This document shows positions 1-14,045 of a stretch of 64,000 bases of DNA, piece after piece. The notes beneath the pieces are model-generated. The model did not search any database and was not told the DNA's origin. It saw nothing but the letters and a program-made list of their open reading frames with translations. The stretch comes from Octopus sinensis. Taxonomy: Eukaryota. Numbering within the stretch: position 1 is the first letter of the stretch; every line of letters starts with the position of its first letter. The translations under genes were made by a program, and so were the position numbers. Location: the NCBI RefSeq assembly GCF_006345805.1, contig NC_043004.1, positions 84,134,001 to 84,198,000 on the forward strand, in the 5' to 3' direction.

Positions 1-757
1 TAATTATTGGTTGGTGTCACTTTTACAATGTATTGTAAAGGAACTAATTGTATATGGTTCGTGGTGAAAACATTGCTTGAGAATTAAGGGATATTAGAAC
101 GTGAGAATTGTGTTTGGAAATGTACCTTTACGTAGAGCGCAAACCTTGATCCCTTGACAAAACGGATACCTTGCTTGGGTTGAAATATACCCTAAGTTTA
201 TAAGATGACAGCAGAACTATTTAGAGATTAATATTTCAGAGCAAACATAAAGCAATATATCTAAATTATCTCAATGATAAAATTATGATATTTTCCCACC
301 TATTAAACTCATCTATCAACATGATTAAGAAAGGGGAATTATATGGCTACCTTGTATATAAATGTTGACATTTATATAATTATGGATGGCACTTAAAACT
401 GACATTTGGTTTTTAGGGATAGCTTTGGTGCTAGAGCATGCAAGTCCATACAAGATAGATGCAGTCCTACTATCTTTCAGTCTTCTATAATTTCTAACAT
501 GTCTCGGTATGTAGACCTTTTAATCAATGAAAATGTATAAATATGTTTGAGAAATGACTTTGCTTAAATGTACACTCCACTATGCTGATATAACACAGCC
601 TTTGGTCTGATTGAGGTTATGTCTGTATATGTGATAGGTGTTTGCCTCTACGTTTCATGTTTGGTTGAATAAATTTGGGTATCTCAATTTTTTGTCCTTT
701 ACATGATCAGTTTGTGTAATTTGGTTTCTCTTTAAGCATTCATATAGATGACATGTG

Positions 758-1075
758 AACGTAAATGGCTTAGTGGTTAACATATTTGGCCTGCGTTCGT
801 AAGGTCGGGAGTTCAATTCCTGGCAACGCATTGAGTTCTTGTGCCGGAGTATATTTCACGTTACTCTAGTCCACTCAGCTGGCAAAACTGAGTAGTACCT
901 GTATTTCAAAGGGCCAGCCTTGTCAGATTCTGTGTCAGGCTCATTTGCCCTGGGAAATACGTTGAGGGTAGGAGTAACTGTGGAGTACGCGGCCACTTCC
1001 ACGTTAATTTCATGACCAGGATTTTCCGTTGATCGGATTAACTGGATCTCTCTTCGTTGTAACCAACGGAGTGTT
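758..1075 (+). mobile_element. tRNA-derived SINE (old head + body shared with the family A copy at 51.4 kb)
   Basis: A-box-like GGCTTAGTGGTTAA (~767-780) and B-box GGAGTTCAATTCC (808-820). The body GTACCTGTATTTCAAAGGGCCAGCCTTGTCA...CCGTTGATCGGAT...ACGGAGTG matches the reverse complement of 51410-51575. Confidence 0.7.
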
Positions 1076-1342
1076 TGTGATAGTTGGTATGAAGTGAAGG
1101 GCATTTGCGCATATATGCTTCAGAAGGTTGATACACATGTCGTACATAGATCATAAAGGGGAAAACTTTCTAAGGCAGTGGGTCGACAAATACGCTAGAA
1201 CAAGAAGCAGTCCTTGCCAGGTCGTCGTCGTCGCCGTCATCATCGTCATCAAAAACATCAACAGTAGTAGTGGCAACAACAGCACCAGCTGCAGCATCAC
1301 GAACGCCTTCAAAATCACCTGCAGCTGCTACTGCTGCTGCCG

Positions 1343-1720
1343 TTGTTGTTGTTGTTGTTGAGCGAACGGTCTTCATCCCAGATGGGAGAAGTCCGAAACG
1401 TGGTCCTTTGCTATTCGCAAGAGCGGAGTAAGAAGGAGAAAGCAGGTCAACCCCCGACACCGAGATCACCGACTGATGGATGAATGCGCATCCAGGCTCA
1501 GCGGTTGCGTAGGAAATTGGGGACAAGAAACAAGAAGAATGAGTGAGAGAAAGTTGGAGCGAAAGATTACAACAGGGTTCGCCACCACCCCCTGCTGGAG
1601 CCTCGTGGAGCTTTAGGTGATTTCGCTCAATAAACACACACAACGACCGGTCTGGGAATCGAAACCGCGATCCTTCGACCGCGAGTAGGCTGCCCTAGCC
1701 ATTGGGCCATTGCCCCTCCA
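1343..1720 (-). mobile_element. tRNA-derived SINE, family A head, (CAA)n tail
   Basis: Minus strand begins TGGAGGGGCAATGGCCCAATGGCTAGGGCAGC...GGTTTCGATTCCCAGACCGG (A/B boxes). The same head recurs at 11.0-11.17, 29.55-29.72 and 51.6-51.77 kb. Ends in (GTT)n on + at 1343-1359. Confidence 0.75.
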
Positions 1721-2553
1721 CTGCAGCTGCTGCTGCTGCTGCGGCTGTGATGATGTTGGTATTCACGACGGCAGCAGCTGTACTAGATGCCGCCTCATTG
1801 CAGCGATATCAACAGACCATAGATTTCTCCTAGTTGATCGATATGATGTCACTTCAATTCTAGCATTAATCTCATATCATTAGACGAAACGCATTTCGTT
1901 TTGCTCTTCAAACCTACTAATTATCCAATTCTAAGAAAGTCTTAGCAAAGAACAACAACAACATCAACAACCAATATCAAATCAACAAAGAGATAAGTAA
2001 TAACCCATAATTACATTCAAAACGTTAATGACGGATCAATAACTGGATTAGAGATCAATGACAAATTAAAGTGAACTAAATATCTACAGTCCTAGACGCC
2101 GGGTATTGATTAGTAATTGTAACGTCGCTCATGCACGATATATCTGTCTAACTTCACAGATATGGCAAAGTGGTTAAATAATATGATTGGAAACAACGTG
2201 TTTGTGGTTCGAGCGATGTATTTCAGTGAGCTTCCACAAATTTATCTTTGATTTTTATCTAATCTTTGCGATGGAATCTCAGGAAACAACAATGCTGTGG
2301 TGGAGGCAAGTGGCTTAGTGGTTTGGGTTCTGTATTTACGATCCCCAGATCGCAGTTTCCGTTCCCGTATCAGGAAGTACATTTTGTGCTTTTTTTTTTT
2401 TGAAACATTTCACTTTACGTATCTCCTGTCGCTTAGGTTGTAGATAAGTATTCCGATCAGTGGGAATGTTGTGATATTCGTCATTTATTTGGCATACAAT
2501 CGGGTTACTTGACTATATGAATTCTACGAGTCGAGACAGTAATGTACAGAAGT

Positions 2554-2554
2554 C

Positions 2555-2597
<43 letters not shown>

Positions 2598-2625
2598 TGA
2601 CGACTATGATGACGATGATGATGAC

Positions 2626-2660
<35 letters not shown>

Positions 2661-2858
2661 CTATGATGATGACTATCATGACGACTATAATGATGATGTT
2701 GATGATGATGATGATGGTGACTTTGATGACGGTGATGATGACTATCATGACGACTATAATGATGAATATGATGATGATGATGATGACGATGATGGTGATG
2801 ATGATTATGATGATGATGATGACTATGATGATGATGATGATGCTGATGAAGAAGAAGA
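2554..2858. repeat. Compound (GAT/GAC)n trinucleotide microsatellite
   Basis: Directly visible; explains the poly-Met/His/Ile ORFs at 2513-3045. Confidence 0.95.
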
Positions 2859-3589
2859 AGCCGGATAGAACCGAACGAACTCCAGTGGTCAAGCGCTGGT
2901 GAGAGCTTAACACACACACACACATACACACACACACACACAAACACACACACCTAGACAAGCACATAGCCAATTCAATCCAGAAGCTATAACAGAAAGC
3001 ATTTCTTTCCGAAGCTTTGTGGTTTGGAATAAAACGTCTGGCCACACAGCCACCAGTGCGCCTATAGCCATGTCTACGCCCTAGTCACAAACTTTATAGT
3101 TTTGCCTCTCCAAAGCAATAGAACTAATCGTTAGCCAGAATGAAAACGAGCAGCATTGTCTCAAAAGTTAAGCCACGTTCCAAAAAAAACTGCATACCGA
3201 AACCTCTTATTTAGATCTTTTGAATCACAAGGACTCTTCAAAATCTTATACGAGTATAGAAAGCAACACTTCATATCAGATTCAACAATAAATTCATTTC
3301 ACTTTTCTGTGTTACAGCCAGACAATTCATGAGTGTGAATAGCAGCATTTCTGTAAACTATCTTAACAACGAAGAGTAGAAAACAGCAGACATAAAAGGC
3401 AAAATATTGACAATAAGTTTAATGGTACTCGTGTCTACGTCTCTATGCAGTATTCCCATTTCATGCTAATTCAATGTGCTGGCCTCTCACGTGACCAAAT
3501 CCTAAATAGTGGTCGATGACATTCAAATCAGAGACGATAGACGCTTACTCATACACACATATATACATTAGGAAACATACACATGTATA

Positions 3590-3636
3590 TACATATATAT
3601 ATATACAGTATATATATATATATATATATATATACA

Positions 3637-3682
<46 letters not shown>

Positions 3683-3826
3683 TCCATATACTCATATAGA
3701 TAGCTATACATGTATATATGCATACATATGTTTATGTATACGCACACACATATACATACATATATATATATATATATAATATTCACATATATACATATAT
3801 ATATATACATGAATGTATCTATTGCA

Positions 3827-3886
<60 letters not shown>

Positions 3887-3900
3887 AGATGTATATATAT
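3590..3900. repeat. (TA)n/(CA)n/(TG)n compound microsatellite
   Basis: Directly visible; representative of dozens of similar tracts (e.g. 8100-8230, 9100-9305, 13615-13860, 21770-21970, 29050-29230, 52240-52620, 53120-53265). Confidence 0.95.
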
Positions 3901-5470
3901 ACGCGTGTATTTGGTGTATGTATTTATGTGCATATATTTATGCGCATATGCCCTCTTTCGAACTGACATTTTATCAATTTTCTCCATGACAACACTGAAT
4001 ATTCTCTTCTCTTTCAAATGTTATCAGCTGTGTTATACATTTGAATTACATATAATAGAAGCGATTAAGCTCGACTATTGAGACACTTGTATAGAGAACT
4101 TTAACAGATTTTATGTTCATTTCTTATTTGTATATATTTTTTTTATCTTTTCGCTTTGATTTTATTTTTATTATTTCCCCTTCATATTTAGTTCAGCACA
4201 TTAAAGTTGTTGACGAAAGCAATATTCTTTAATTCTTTAGAATACTTTGCTATGCTTCACTGAACATCGAGAAATAATCAATAATGTTTCTCTCGACTCG
4301 ATTATTCATTTGACATTTTCATAAGATAAATACTGAAAGATCTTATTTACTTTTTTTATTGTTGTTAAAACGAAAGACATAAGAGAACAGGAGAGAAGAA
4401 CAAAAATAGTAGCATGAGGAGGCTGAGTATATGGTAGATATAAAGATAGATGCAATGGTAGTGGGTGAGTGAGTGAATCATAATGTTGAAACTTCAGCAG
4501 TGATATTGCTTTTCTATTGTTTGTCCGATTATAAGTATTTAAAGTATTAAATACTTCTTAATTATTGCTCAATCAGAAACTGCTGACAGAATATTTTGAC
4601 ACTCTAAGGGCACTTGACAAAGCATTTCAACACCTATACACACTCACACAGCAAATACGTTTATGTGTTTGAAAATATACTTAATCCGCTAACAGACGTT
4701 CGTGATTTTACTTCATGGTATATTTAGAATGTTTTAGCACATATATCCAGTAAAGTGCAGTTTGTCTAAGCTGATGTGCAAAAGATTGGTTTTTCACTGG
4801 AAGGTATTAGCTCTATTCTATTTCTCGAAAACAACAATCTGTAAGACTCTAAATTTCTGTGCATATCATATTAAACATACTCGTTTGATATTCTCACTTC
4901 GTCAAAGAGATTTAAAAAAAGTTATCCATAGCGTCAAAGGAAGAGATTCAGAGAAAGATATTCGACATTCCAAAACCCAAATCCTTTTCTTAATTGCTAT
5001 ACAATATAGAGTGCAAATGACTGTATTGAATACAAATTCAGAATCTTGAAAAAAATTTGTCACGCGTTTAGCACATGACGCTTTTTTTCGAAACACAATA
5101 CACAAATAACTTATACTCTATTCTCATTGCGATCGCTTTCTATTATATCGAACGGTGTGTCACTGAACTATTTTTTGATTTTTTCAAACAGTATAGATGT
5201 TTTTGACTAATATATTTGACGTTACACTATTTGTTACACTGAACGAAAGTCTAAGAGTCATAAAAGCATAAGCAAAAATTAGTATGTTTATGGATGTTTT
5301 TTTTTTTGGTACAGTCATTTTTGCAAAGACGTGAGATAGCGGCTATTGGGTGTCGGTGATAGAGGGTGACACATCTTCACATAAAACGTTTTAATATTTC
5401 ACTTGTCTCAATGCTTCTTTCTCTTCCTCCTCCTCTCTTTTAAGTCTTTTTTACTTATTATCTATTACCG

Positions 5471-5659
5471 TTTTATTTGTTTCAGTCATTTAACTGTGAC
5501 CATGCTGGAGCACCGCCTTTAGTCAAGCACATCGACCCCAGGACTTATTCTTTGTACGCCTATTACAGAACCGCTAAGTTACGGGGACATAAACACACCA
5601 GGAACGGTTGTCAAAAGATGTTGGCGGGACAAACACAGACACACAAACATACACACACA

Positions 5660-5727
<68 letters not shown>

Positions 5728-5860
5728 CCAAATCCACACACAACGCTTTCGTTGGCCCTAGGCTATAGTAGAAGACACGTGCCCAAGATGCCAAGCAGTG
5801 GGACTGAACCCGTAACCATGTAGTTTGTAAGCAAGTTACTTACCACACAGCCACTCCTAC
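5471..5860 (-). mobile_element. SINE family B (tRNA head - internal TA/CA microsatellite - conserved tail), near full length
   Basis: Minus strand: head GGAGTGGCTGTGTGGTAAG...GGTTCAGTCCC, internal (TA)n at 5664-5727, tail AAGGCGGTGCTCCAGCATGG...AATGACTGAAAC. A second head fragment lies at ~5914-5985. Same layout as 50524-51085. Confidence 0.75.
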
Positions 5861-6122
5861 ACCTATAATCTATTCTCGTCGCGATCGCACTCTATTATTT
5901 CGACCAGTGTTTTACTTGCCCAAGGTGCTAGGCAGTAGGACTGAACCCGGAACCATGTAGTTTATAAGCAAGATACCTACCACATAAAATTAAAATTTCT
6001 GGTTTTATGCAATCGTATACAACTAATAAATTGTAGTGTCCCTCACTTTCTTTCTCTCTCTCTCTGTATCTCCCAATCTCCATATATCTATGTATCTATC
6101 TCGCTCTCTGTCTGTCTTCTAT

Positions 6123-6177
<55 letters not shown>

Positions 6178-8100
6178 ACTATATATCTGTCTATCTATTT
6201 ACCTATATTTATGTGCATATTTCCGAAAGCACATGCATGTATGTGTATTTGCCTCGAGCACCATAAAGAACTTTCGCCGAAAGAGATTGAATTCCCTGTC
6301 AGTAGTGCCAATCGTCAGTACAAAACAACTGAGCGCGACCGTCTCAGCCGGCTAGAAAATTGAAAATAGAGAAAATTGATTTAACACCGAAGCCAGCACG
6401 GTGCCTAATATAGCGCACTGCTGGATCGGCCTTAAATGAAACGCTCCATACTCCACCTTCAGAAAATATAAACACTAATTTCAAAACATAGGAATTCATG
6501 TTCATTCTCCTTAAGTTGTCTTATGCTGTTGTCTTACACGATCTTTTCCTCTTCCCATCTACACACGCCCGTTAGTACAGATCTAAGTGCAAAGTAAAGC
6601 AATACTTACATCCATCCTCTCATATTGTCATTCTCTCTCTCTCTTTCTCTCTGTATATATATATATATATATAAAGTAAACAGAAAATGGGGAAATATTG
6701 ATGAACAACAATTGATTTATATCAATTATTTTTTATAACGTTGAAAGATTTAAAAGGTGAAACAATGCAAATAGATTTTAAGACGAGGCAACATAAACTA
6801 AAAGTAAGTTAACTCGTAATCTTTGGCCGTATATGTATCCGATATTTCAGGACATACAAGTCTCTTCTTCATGGTTAAAAAGGAACTTTCCTTGGAAAGA
6901 TGTTTTTTTTTATCAGAGATGAAATAATTATTATGTATTAAATTCAATACAAATATACTGCATCCCTTCTAACAACTGTTTCTGCTCCCAATGCCCTGTG
7001 GTATTGCCATTGATATACTAAAAATATTTATCATATTTGGTAATAAAACCGATCTGGAGAATGGAGCTTCATGAGACTGTAGAATAAATAAAAAAGAAAT
7101 AAATAGAGAAGAAAAGGAAAAGTAGAATATGTTTGTAATCATACCATTTTGCTTGTGGGACGTTAAGTGAATGACTTTACTTAAAATAGAAATTGGTGGT
7201 TTAATCATTTGTACGGGGAATGGATACGATGGAGAAATAACAAAAAAAAGAATAAATAGTAGTGAGATACGCCATTATGTCTTAGTCGGGAAGGGGTGAC
7301 GATACAGTATAGTTTTAGATTAATCATAAAAATTATAATTATGTTTATAGTACTGATTAATAGTATATTTTTATAATAAAGTGCTAATCAATTAAATGTA
7401 ATTTAAATTTTTTTTACTTGTAGGTGGTTAAACCCCTCCACCTCTTTCCAATGTGAGATTGGCTAAGGACCAACGTTCGATATAACTGATCAGTTGAAAT
7501 TTAGAAACAAACAAATAGCTGCTGACACCACTATACGAGGTAAGCTAAATAAACAATTGAATGGGAAAATTGTGAATGTTGTAAGAGGCCCTAAAACGCT
7601 TAGATTTCAAAAATAAATATTATGGAATAAATATCAAGAGAGAAACCTATTCGGACATTTAGGAAGTAAGATGGTTAGGGTTGGAACTGGTCCGAAAATA
7701 GATTAATAGGAATGCGCAATTAATAAAAACAATGGAACGAATTAATTCGGTAGGAAAATTATTGAAATATTTCTGGTTAAGGATTAGGTTAAGGATTAGG
7801 GTTTGCGGCCACAATTAGAGACTAGCTCAACAGACAGCTAATTATGCTGCTAATTGGCAAAACAATCTATAAATCAGTCAGGCAGGTGGTCAGTTAATTA
7901 CGTAGACTAAAATTGTTTAAACAATTAGCTGTGAAAATAGCTGCCTGTTGGGCTAGTCAGATCACTGATTAGGTGCAATGAACGCCAGATCAACAGTCTT
8001 TAATGTAGACGACTTACTACTTACTAATGCATAGAATCTCTGGAAACGTACGTACCAATGATTTAGAGAATTTTCATGTAAACGTTTTGTTATTTCTATG

Positions 8101-8162
<62 letters not shown>

Positions 8163-8195
8163 CACATAGAAATAACAAAACGTTTACGTGAAAAG

Positions 8196-8230
<35 letters not shown>

Positions 8231-9093
8231 AATATCGTATATCGTATATATAGCTGGACATGCTCTAGGGGTATAGCGATCTGAAACAGCGGGCTTAGAA
8301 GCATTATATAAGTAAACGAAATTTAGGTACAATATTTAACCATACCCGGTTGATGTATACCTCTTTCCTTCCCTGTGCAGTCAGCTTCTTTCTATATCAC
8401 TTTTATCAGTGTATTATTTTGGGTACGTGCAGAAAACAAAAAAAGAAACATTTCCAGACATGACCAATGAGTTGTTTTTTTTTAACGATTTAACGTATTA
8501 GTATACTGAATATTATTTATAAACAATTCATCTATTCGTAACAATGGAATACAAATAAATATTTGTGAGGCTTGAGGTCAGACGAATCAACTAATGATTT
8601 ATAATGTATTGAGAAATTTGCGGTCGTAGCGTCAATGCAGTACATGTCAATATCCAGGATACTGAGATTGAATTCTATGTCTTCAAATATTGATAAATCT
8701 GTAACCCACTACACATATAAACTTCTATTTGTATCAGATACAAAAGCAATTAATTTCCCGTCACTCATGTATCGTCTCGCAAGGAGATTTATGGATCAAG
8801 GCCACTTTCTCACTTAATCACAGAGAAGAAAATATAAGGTCATATAGGCAGTGCCAGTATTTGCTAACCTATTTATACTGTTTTATTTAAAAAGATAACA
8901 CTAAGTTACGTACGGAATTAATGTTGAATAAATCAAATTCGATAAAATAATGATAGATGAGAGATATGTTATCGAACGTTTAGTACAAGAAACACAAAGG
9001 GGAGCCTTAAATGATTCGATAACACAAATACTTCTACTGAGACTGTGTCTGGCCAAATTGCAATACAAACACACAAACACGTACACGCATTCA

Positions 9094-9132
<39 letters not shown>

Positions 9133-9244
9133 TTATTTATGTCACTGATCATAAAAACAAAAACATACAATATGAAGAATATTCCCTTCTTCAGTTTCTC
9201 TGTTTCGTCTCCTCCATTACATATACATACACACACACGCATAC

Positions 9245-9308
<64 letters not shown>

Positions 9309-9781
9309 ATTCTTGCTTGTTGGTGATTTCGTATGTATCATGACGCGTGGCCCACTACTTATGGAATCGCGTGTTCGATTGCCCAGCATGAGTACGACGT
9401 TTGTTTTTTCGTAACCATGACATTATAGTTCACAAGCTTCATTTCACATCGTTTAGAAAAAAATATGCGATGGTCCCGTTTCTTATTCAGGTGGTATTAT
9501 TCTTTGCTGTGCAATGGAAACAGACTAACCGGCTCTGTGAATTTCAGGAATCGAGGACACGGAAATTTGTTGCAGCATTAACTATCCCTTGCGCCATAAT
9601 CAAGTGGAAAATTTTGACAAAATTATATGACAACTATAACAGGCAGCAGAAGAATATGTTTTTCGTTTAAACGTAAAACAGTTTATATTAGAAAATGGGC
9701 GGAAAAGCAGCAGATGAGACAGAGAGAGATGAAACTAGACACGTATACTGCTATCTTTATGTTATCAATATAGGTAGATCG

Positions 9782-9846
<65 letters not shown>

Positions 9847-9919
9847 TCTGTGTGTATGAGTCTGTGCTTGTGTATGTCTATCTATGTATGTATACCAATA
9901 ACAGCAAGTGTCAGGGATA

Positions 9920-9921
9920 GG

Positions 9922-10005
<84 letters not shown>

Positions 10006-10022
10006 CAGATAGATAGATAGAT
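9920..10022. repeat. (GATA)n tetranucleotide microsatellite
   Basis: Directly visible; similar tracts at 6120-6180, 31900-31991, 37750-37955 and 45812-45983. Confidence 0.95.
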
Positions 10023-10667
10023 GGATGGAGAGATTGTGTTTTAATGGGCAATTTTAAATTTTTTTAATGTTCGATAACGAATCTCTATATTTTAATGTAG
10101 GAGTGTATAAATTTCGAATAGATTTACGCTGAGAGTATGATAGACATACAGACATGCAGATACGCTTTTCGAAATAGATAGATCGATAACATCAAATAAC
10201 GATAGATGGCTGTAAAAAAAAAACCAACACTGCTAACGCCTCAATGATTTATTAATCGAATCAACTGCCCAAGTTGTGTACGTGATTCAAAAGTGTGTAC
10301 GTGATTTCAAAAGAGAAAAAAAAAGCGAAAGCTAACTTCTAATAATGGAAGCTATAAATACAAGTCTGATTTGGACTGTTAGTGTAGAATGTAGCTGAGA
10401 AGATCGGAACGACGGGCGAATCTGCTTCAACGGAACGCTTTTCTTCTCTTTACACAATGAACACTATAAAATCTCATACATCAGTCTCAAGTTACATGTG
10501 TATTTTGTAGTGAGATATAATTAAATAAACACTTTGCTAACGCAATAAATATATTACTGTGTTATAAATGGATTATTAAAAGAAACAAGTCCCCAAAATT
10601 AAATCAAATATATATGTTTCACGCCTGGTGTGAAATTCTCTACTGGCCACGGCTTCATAGCCATCGT

Positions 10668-11168
10668 TGCTGCTTCTTCTTCTTCTAATTAGGACTCACG
10701 CCAATAGCCACAAAGAATAATCTCTAATTCGAGCCTATCCTAAGCTGCTAAAAATGTGTGTGGCCGCTTGAAGGTGCACCCAGCACACGCGATATACTGG
10801 CGGTTGCACAGGTGCGAACGCTACGTCGTTATCGTCATTCCGTAAACGGTGGCTTTTAACGGGTGGAGAGCTGAATCATCCTGGAGTACAGAGGATTCGC
10901 AATTTAGACTTGGGTCTGAAAGTTTACCACACCATAGTGGGTTACACCATGATTCCTCTGCTTTGTGGCAGAAGCAGGAAGAAAGAGTGAGAGAAAGTTG
11001 TGGTGAAAGAGTACAGCGGGGTTCACCTCCACCCCACCCCACTGGATCCCCGTGGAGCTTATGTGTTTTTGTTCAATAAAGACTCACGATGCCTGGTCTG
11101 GGATTCGAAACCGCGTTCTTACGATCACGAGTCCACTGCCCTCACCACTGGGCCATTGCGCTTCCACA
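10668..11168 (-). mobile_element. SINE family A head with a different 3' module ending in (GAA)n
   Basis: Family A head at ~10970-11168 (minus), unrelated 3' part at 10690-10970, (CTT)n on + at ~10674-10687. Confidence 0.6.
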
Positions 11169-11329
11169 CCTTTGATGCTATCTGTGTTAAGTCTTACACA
11201 ATTTGAAATGATTACTTGGCCATCGAGCAGCAGTCATGATGTTACGGTGTTTTCCTTGTTTCCAATATTCAGATGCGCTGTAGTCCGTCACGTCGTCATT
11301 AAACTTCTCACCTATTTGTGCCTGTGTTT

Positions 11330-11510
11330 GTCGCCACCTCCACCGCTGTTGTTGTCTTTATGTCCCCGTAACCAAGCGATTCGCCAAAACAGTTCGATAA
11401 AATAAATACCAGGCATAAAAATAATACTGGGTTCGATGCATCCGACTATAAGCTCGTTAAGGTCGTGCCTTAACATGGCTACAATCTAATGACTACAACG
11501 AGGAAAAGAC
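11330..11510 (+). mobile_element. SINE family B tail fragment (decayed)
   Basis: TTTATGTCCCCGTAACCAAGCGATTCG...ATAAAATAAATACCAGGC...GGTCGTGCCTTAACATGGC matches the family B tail. Confidence 0.55.
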
Positions 11511-13613
11511 AGTCGACACACATACATACACATACACGCACATGTACATGATGCGTTGAATATATTGTTCTTTAAAATAACACTGTAATCTCATGTTAAC
11601 AGATTTACATAAAAATCTCTACAAATACTAAAGAGTAAATATATTCAATAAATCGCCATTAGCTTAAACCATAGCCTCCCGATATCTTCGGATTTTCCCT
11701 CAACTATCTAGGTGGTCTCCTTGTTTGAGCAGGAGAATGCTGCTATAATCCTTGCCTTCTGTTAATCTTTGGTGTGACAAGGATTTTTCTTGTCTGTCGT
11801 TCAACTGCACCCTACACATATTAATCAAGGTGGTTGCAGTCTGACGAGTTATGGGACTTGATGCTTGGGGTATACATATGTGTGTCAACTACCCTATCGA
11901 ATTCTTTAACTCACTACAAACATTAGGCACAGCTCCTCATTGTCTTCAGTTGACAAAAGTGACTCATATTATGCCATTACATAGTTTGTCTCAACCCAAA
12001 TTATGCGATGGTAAAAGATTAATTGTTCACAAACTTCATTAGCCCAAACATTCTCACTGTTTGTAGTAAAGGCTTATGTACCCCGAAATAAAACAAAAAC
12101 AATACATTGTTCATAAAGAAATATTATTAATGCAACATGGATACTTCAATAATTTCATTTACCATTACCAAACATTCCATTCAAGAATGAGTAAAATACC
12201 TATTTCAAAGAACTGTATTATATAATTTTTATTACTGTATTGATAAATAAAATGACACATACATTTCTCTTATTATTATCATGTAATAAACAAACTTGAA
12301 TTCATGTATGAAAACGACCCTTTTTTATATACTTCACTTATTACATGGTTTTCTCTTCTGAACGTAAACACATATAGGACGAATAAATTATACATATATT
12401 AATACTTTTAATGTGGCTCCCGATAAACGGTAAAAGTGTATATCCGATCAACGACGGGTAGGTAGGTAGGTAGGTAGGTATGTAGGTAGGTACGTAGGTA
12501 GCTATGTAGGTAGGTTGGCAGCCAGGCAGGCAGGGGTGAATGATTGTATGTATAGATCTATAGATGTATCAGTGTAAATGATTTCAGTAGCATCCTTATA
12601 ATCATGTTATGATATTTAGAAATGATTACATAGTTGCTTCCATACTCCTGTCCATAATATCCTCTGGTACAGTCTGATTGAAGTGTCTTCAGACATATCT
12701 TCCATTGGGTGATATCGCAATGAAACGTGAGCTGAAATTCGAGCTTAATTCCCAAACATAACAAAAAAGATCTTTGTTTATTATCCCATCGTCTTGTGGT
12801 TTCATGACATTTGGCTCACAGAATGGCACGCAGAATATATTGGAAAAATACCGCGGCATTTGACCTATATATATGTATGTATATGAGCCTGGGTGGTTAT
12901 GTATGAGTGTGTGCGTGGGTCCATGTCTTATACATTCTAAATGACATTCTATTTGATTACAATGTGAGCTGATAACAGTGTCCGTAAGAGGAACTTCCTG
13001 TGATAGCCGAACGATTCTCTGAATCCACATCTAATGCTGCTCATTTATACACACGGCGGTACACACCACCTATTTACATACGAATGGACACATTTAAACG
13101 CGAATATGGAAGAACACATAGATACAGGCGGCAGATAGGTTCGCATACATAAGAGCAGGTGTTATCATTTCCAGTGTCAAACGATTGCTGATTCTCATAA
13201 AGATGTCGATGGAAGCTCAAAAATCATTCTTTACATAATTTCAATATGATGTATATATATTTGCTTTTTTCGTTTTGTGTTTTTTGCTTTATCGACCTTT
13301 CCTTTAACCTTCCTGAATAAAGGTGACAGGAAATAATTCTAAATTTGAATTTTACAAACATGTGATATTCTGCATATTTATTCATATTCGGTCGACAAAA
13401 GGAAATGAGTTCATGATTTGTCATATTCAAATAGCGCCTATATTTTAATGCTTAAAAGTGGGTTTTCGTATTAGATCTGCATAATATGAGAATATTTTTT
13501 CTAAATATATTTCCATGACATTAATGTATAAATTCATTTACATAAATGCACAAACACATATGTAAAAACACGCACTCATGATATTCTTATTTATATTAAA
13601 ATATACATACATA

Positions 13614-13677
<64 letters not shown>

Positions 13678-13710
13678 TACATGCATAAACGCACGCACAC
13701 GCACACACAA

Positions 13711-13746
<36 letters not shown>

Positions 13747-13879
13747 ATGTGTTTGTATGTGCATGTTTGTGTATATGCATGTGTGTATGTGCATGTATGT
13801 GTATGCATATGTATGTATATATACATATATATATATATGTATATGTGTGTGTGTATGTGTGTTTGGGCGTATTCAATAT

Positions 13880-14045
13880 ATGTTGTTAAAATTTCTGTTG
13901 ACAAGTTGGCAAAAATCGTGAAGTTCGCCGGACAAAAAATTAGTGCCTTTTCATCAGTCATTATATTTGGAATTCAAATAACACCGAGGTTGACTTTGCG
14001 TTTCATTCTTTCAATATCGATGAAATACATATCAGTTATGCCCTA
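13880..14045 (+). mobile_element. Old SINE family C fragment
   Basis: GGAATTCAAATAACACCGAGGTTGACTTTGCGTTTCATTCTTTC resembles the family C core seen at 30.65 and 41.61 kb. Confidence 0.45.

Noticed and set aside
758-830. tRNA genes at SINE heads
   Set aside because: A/B boxes are present but no complete cloverleaf could be built, and they continue into SINE bodies.
1375-1415. Hammerhead-like CAGATGG...GTCCGAAACGTGGTC
   Set aside because: Two core mismatches and no convincing helix I or II.
2513-3045. Long poly-His/Met/Ile ORFs
   Set aside because: Translations of a (GAT)n microsatellite; no splice or domain support.
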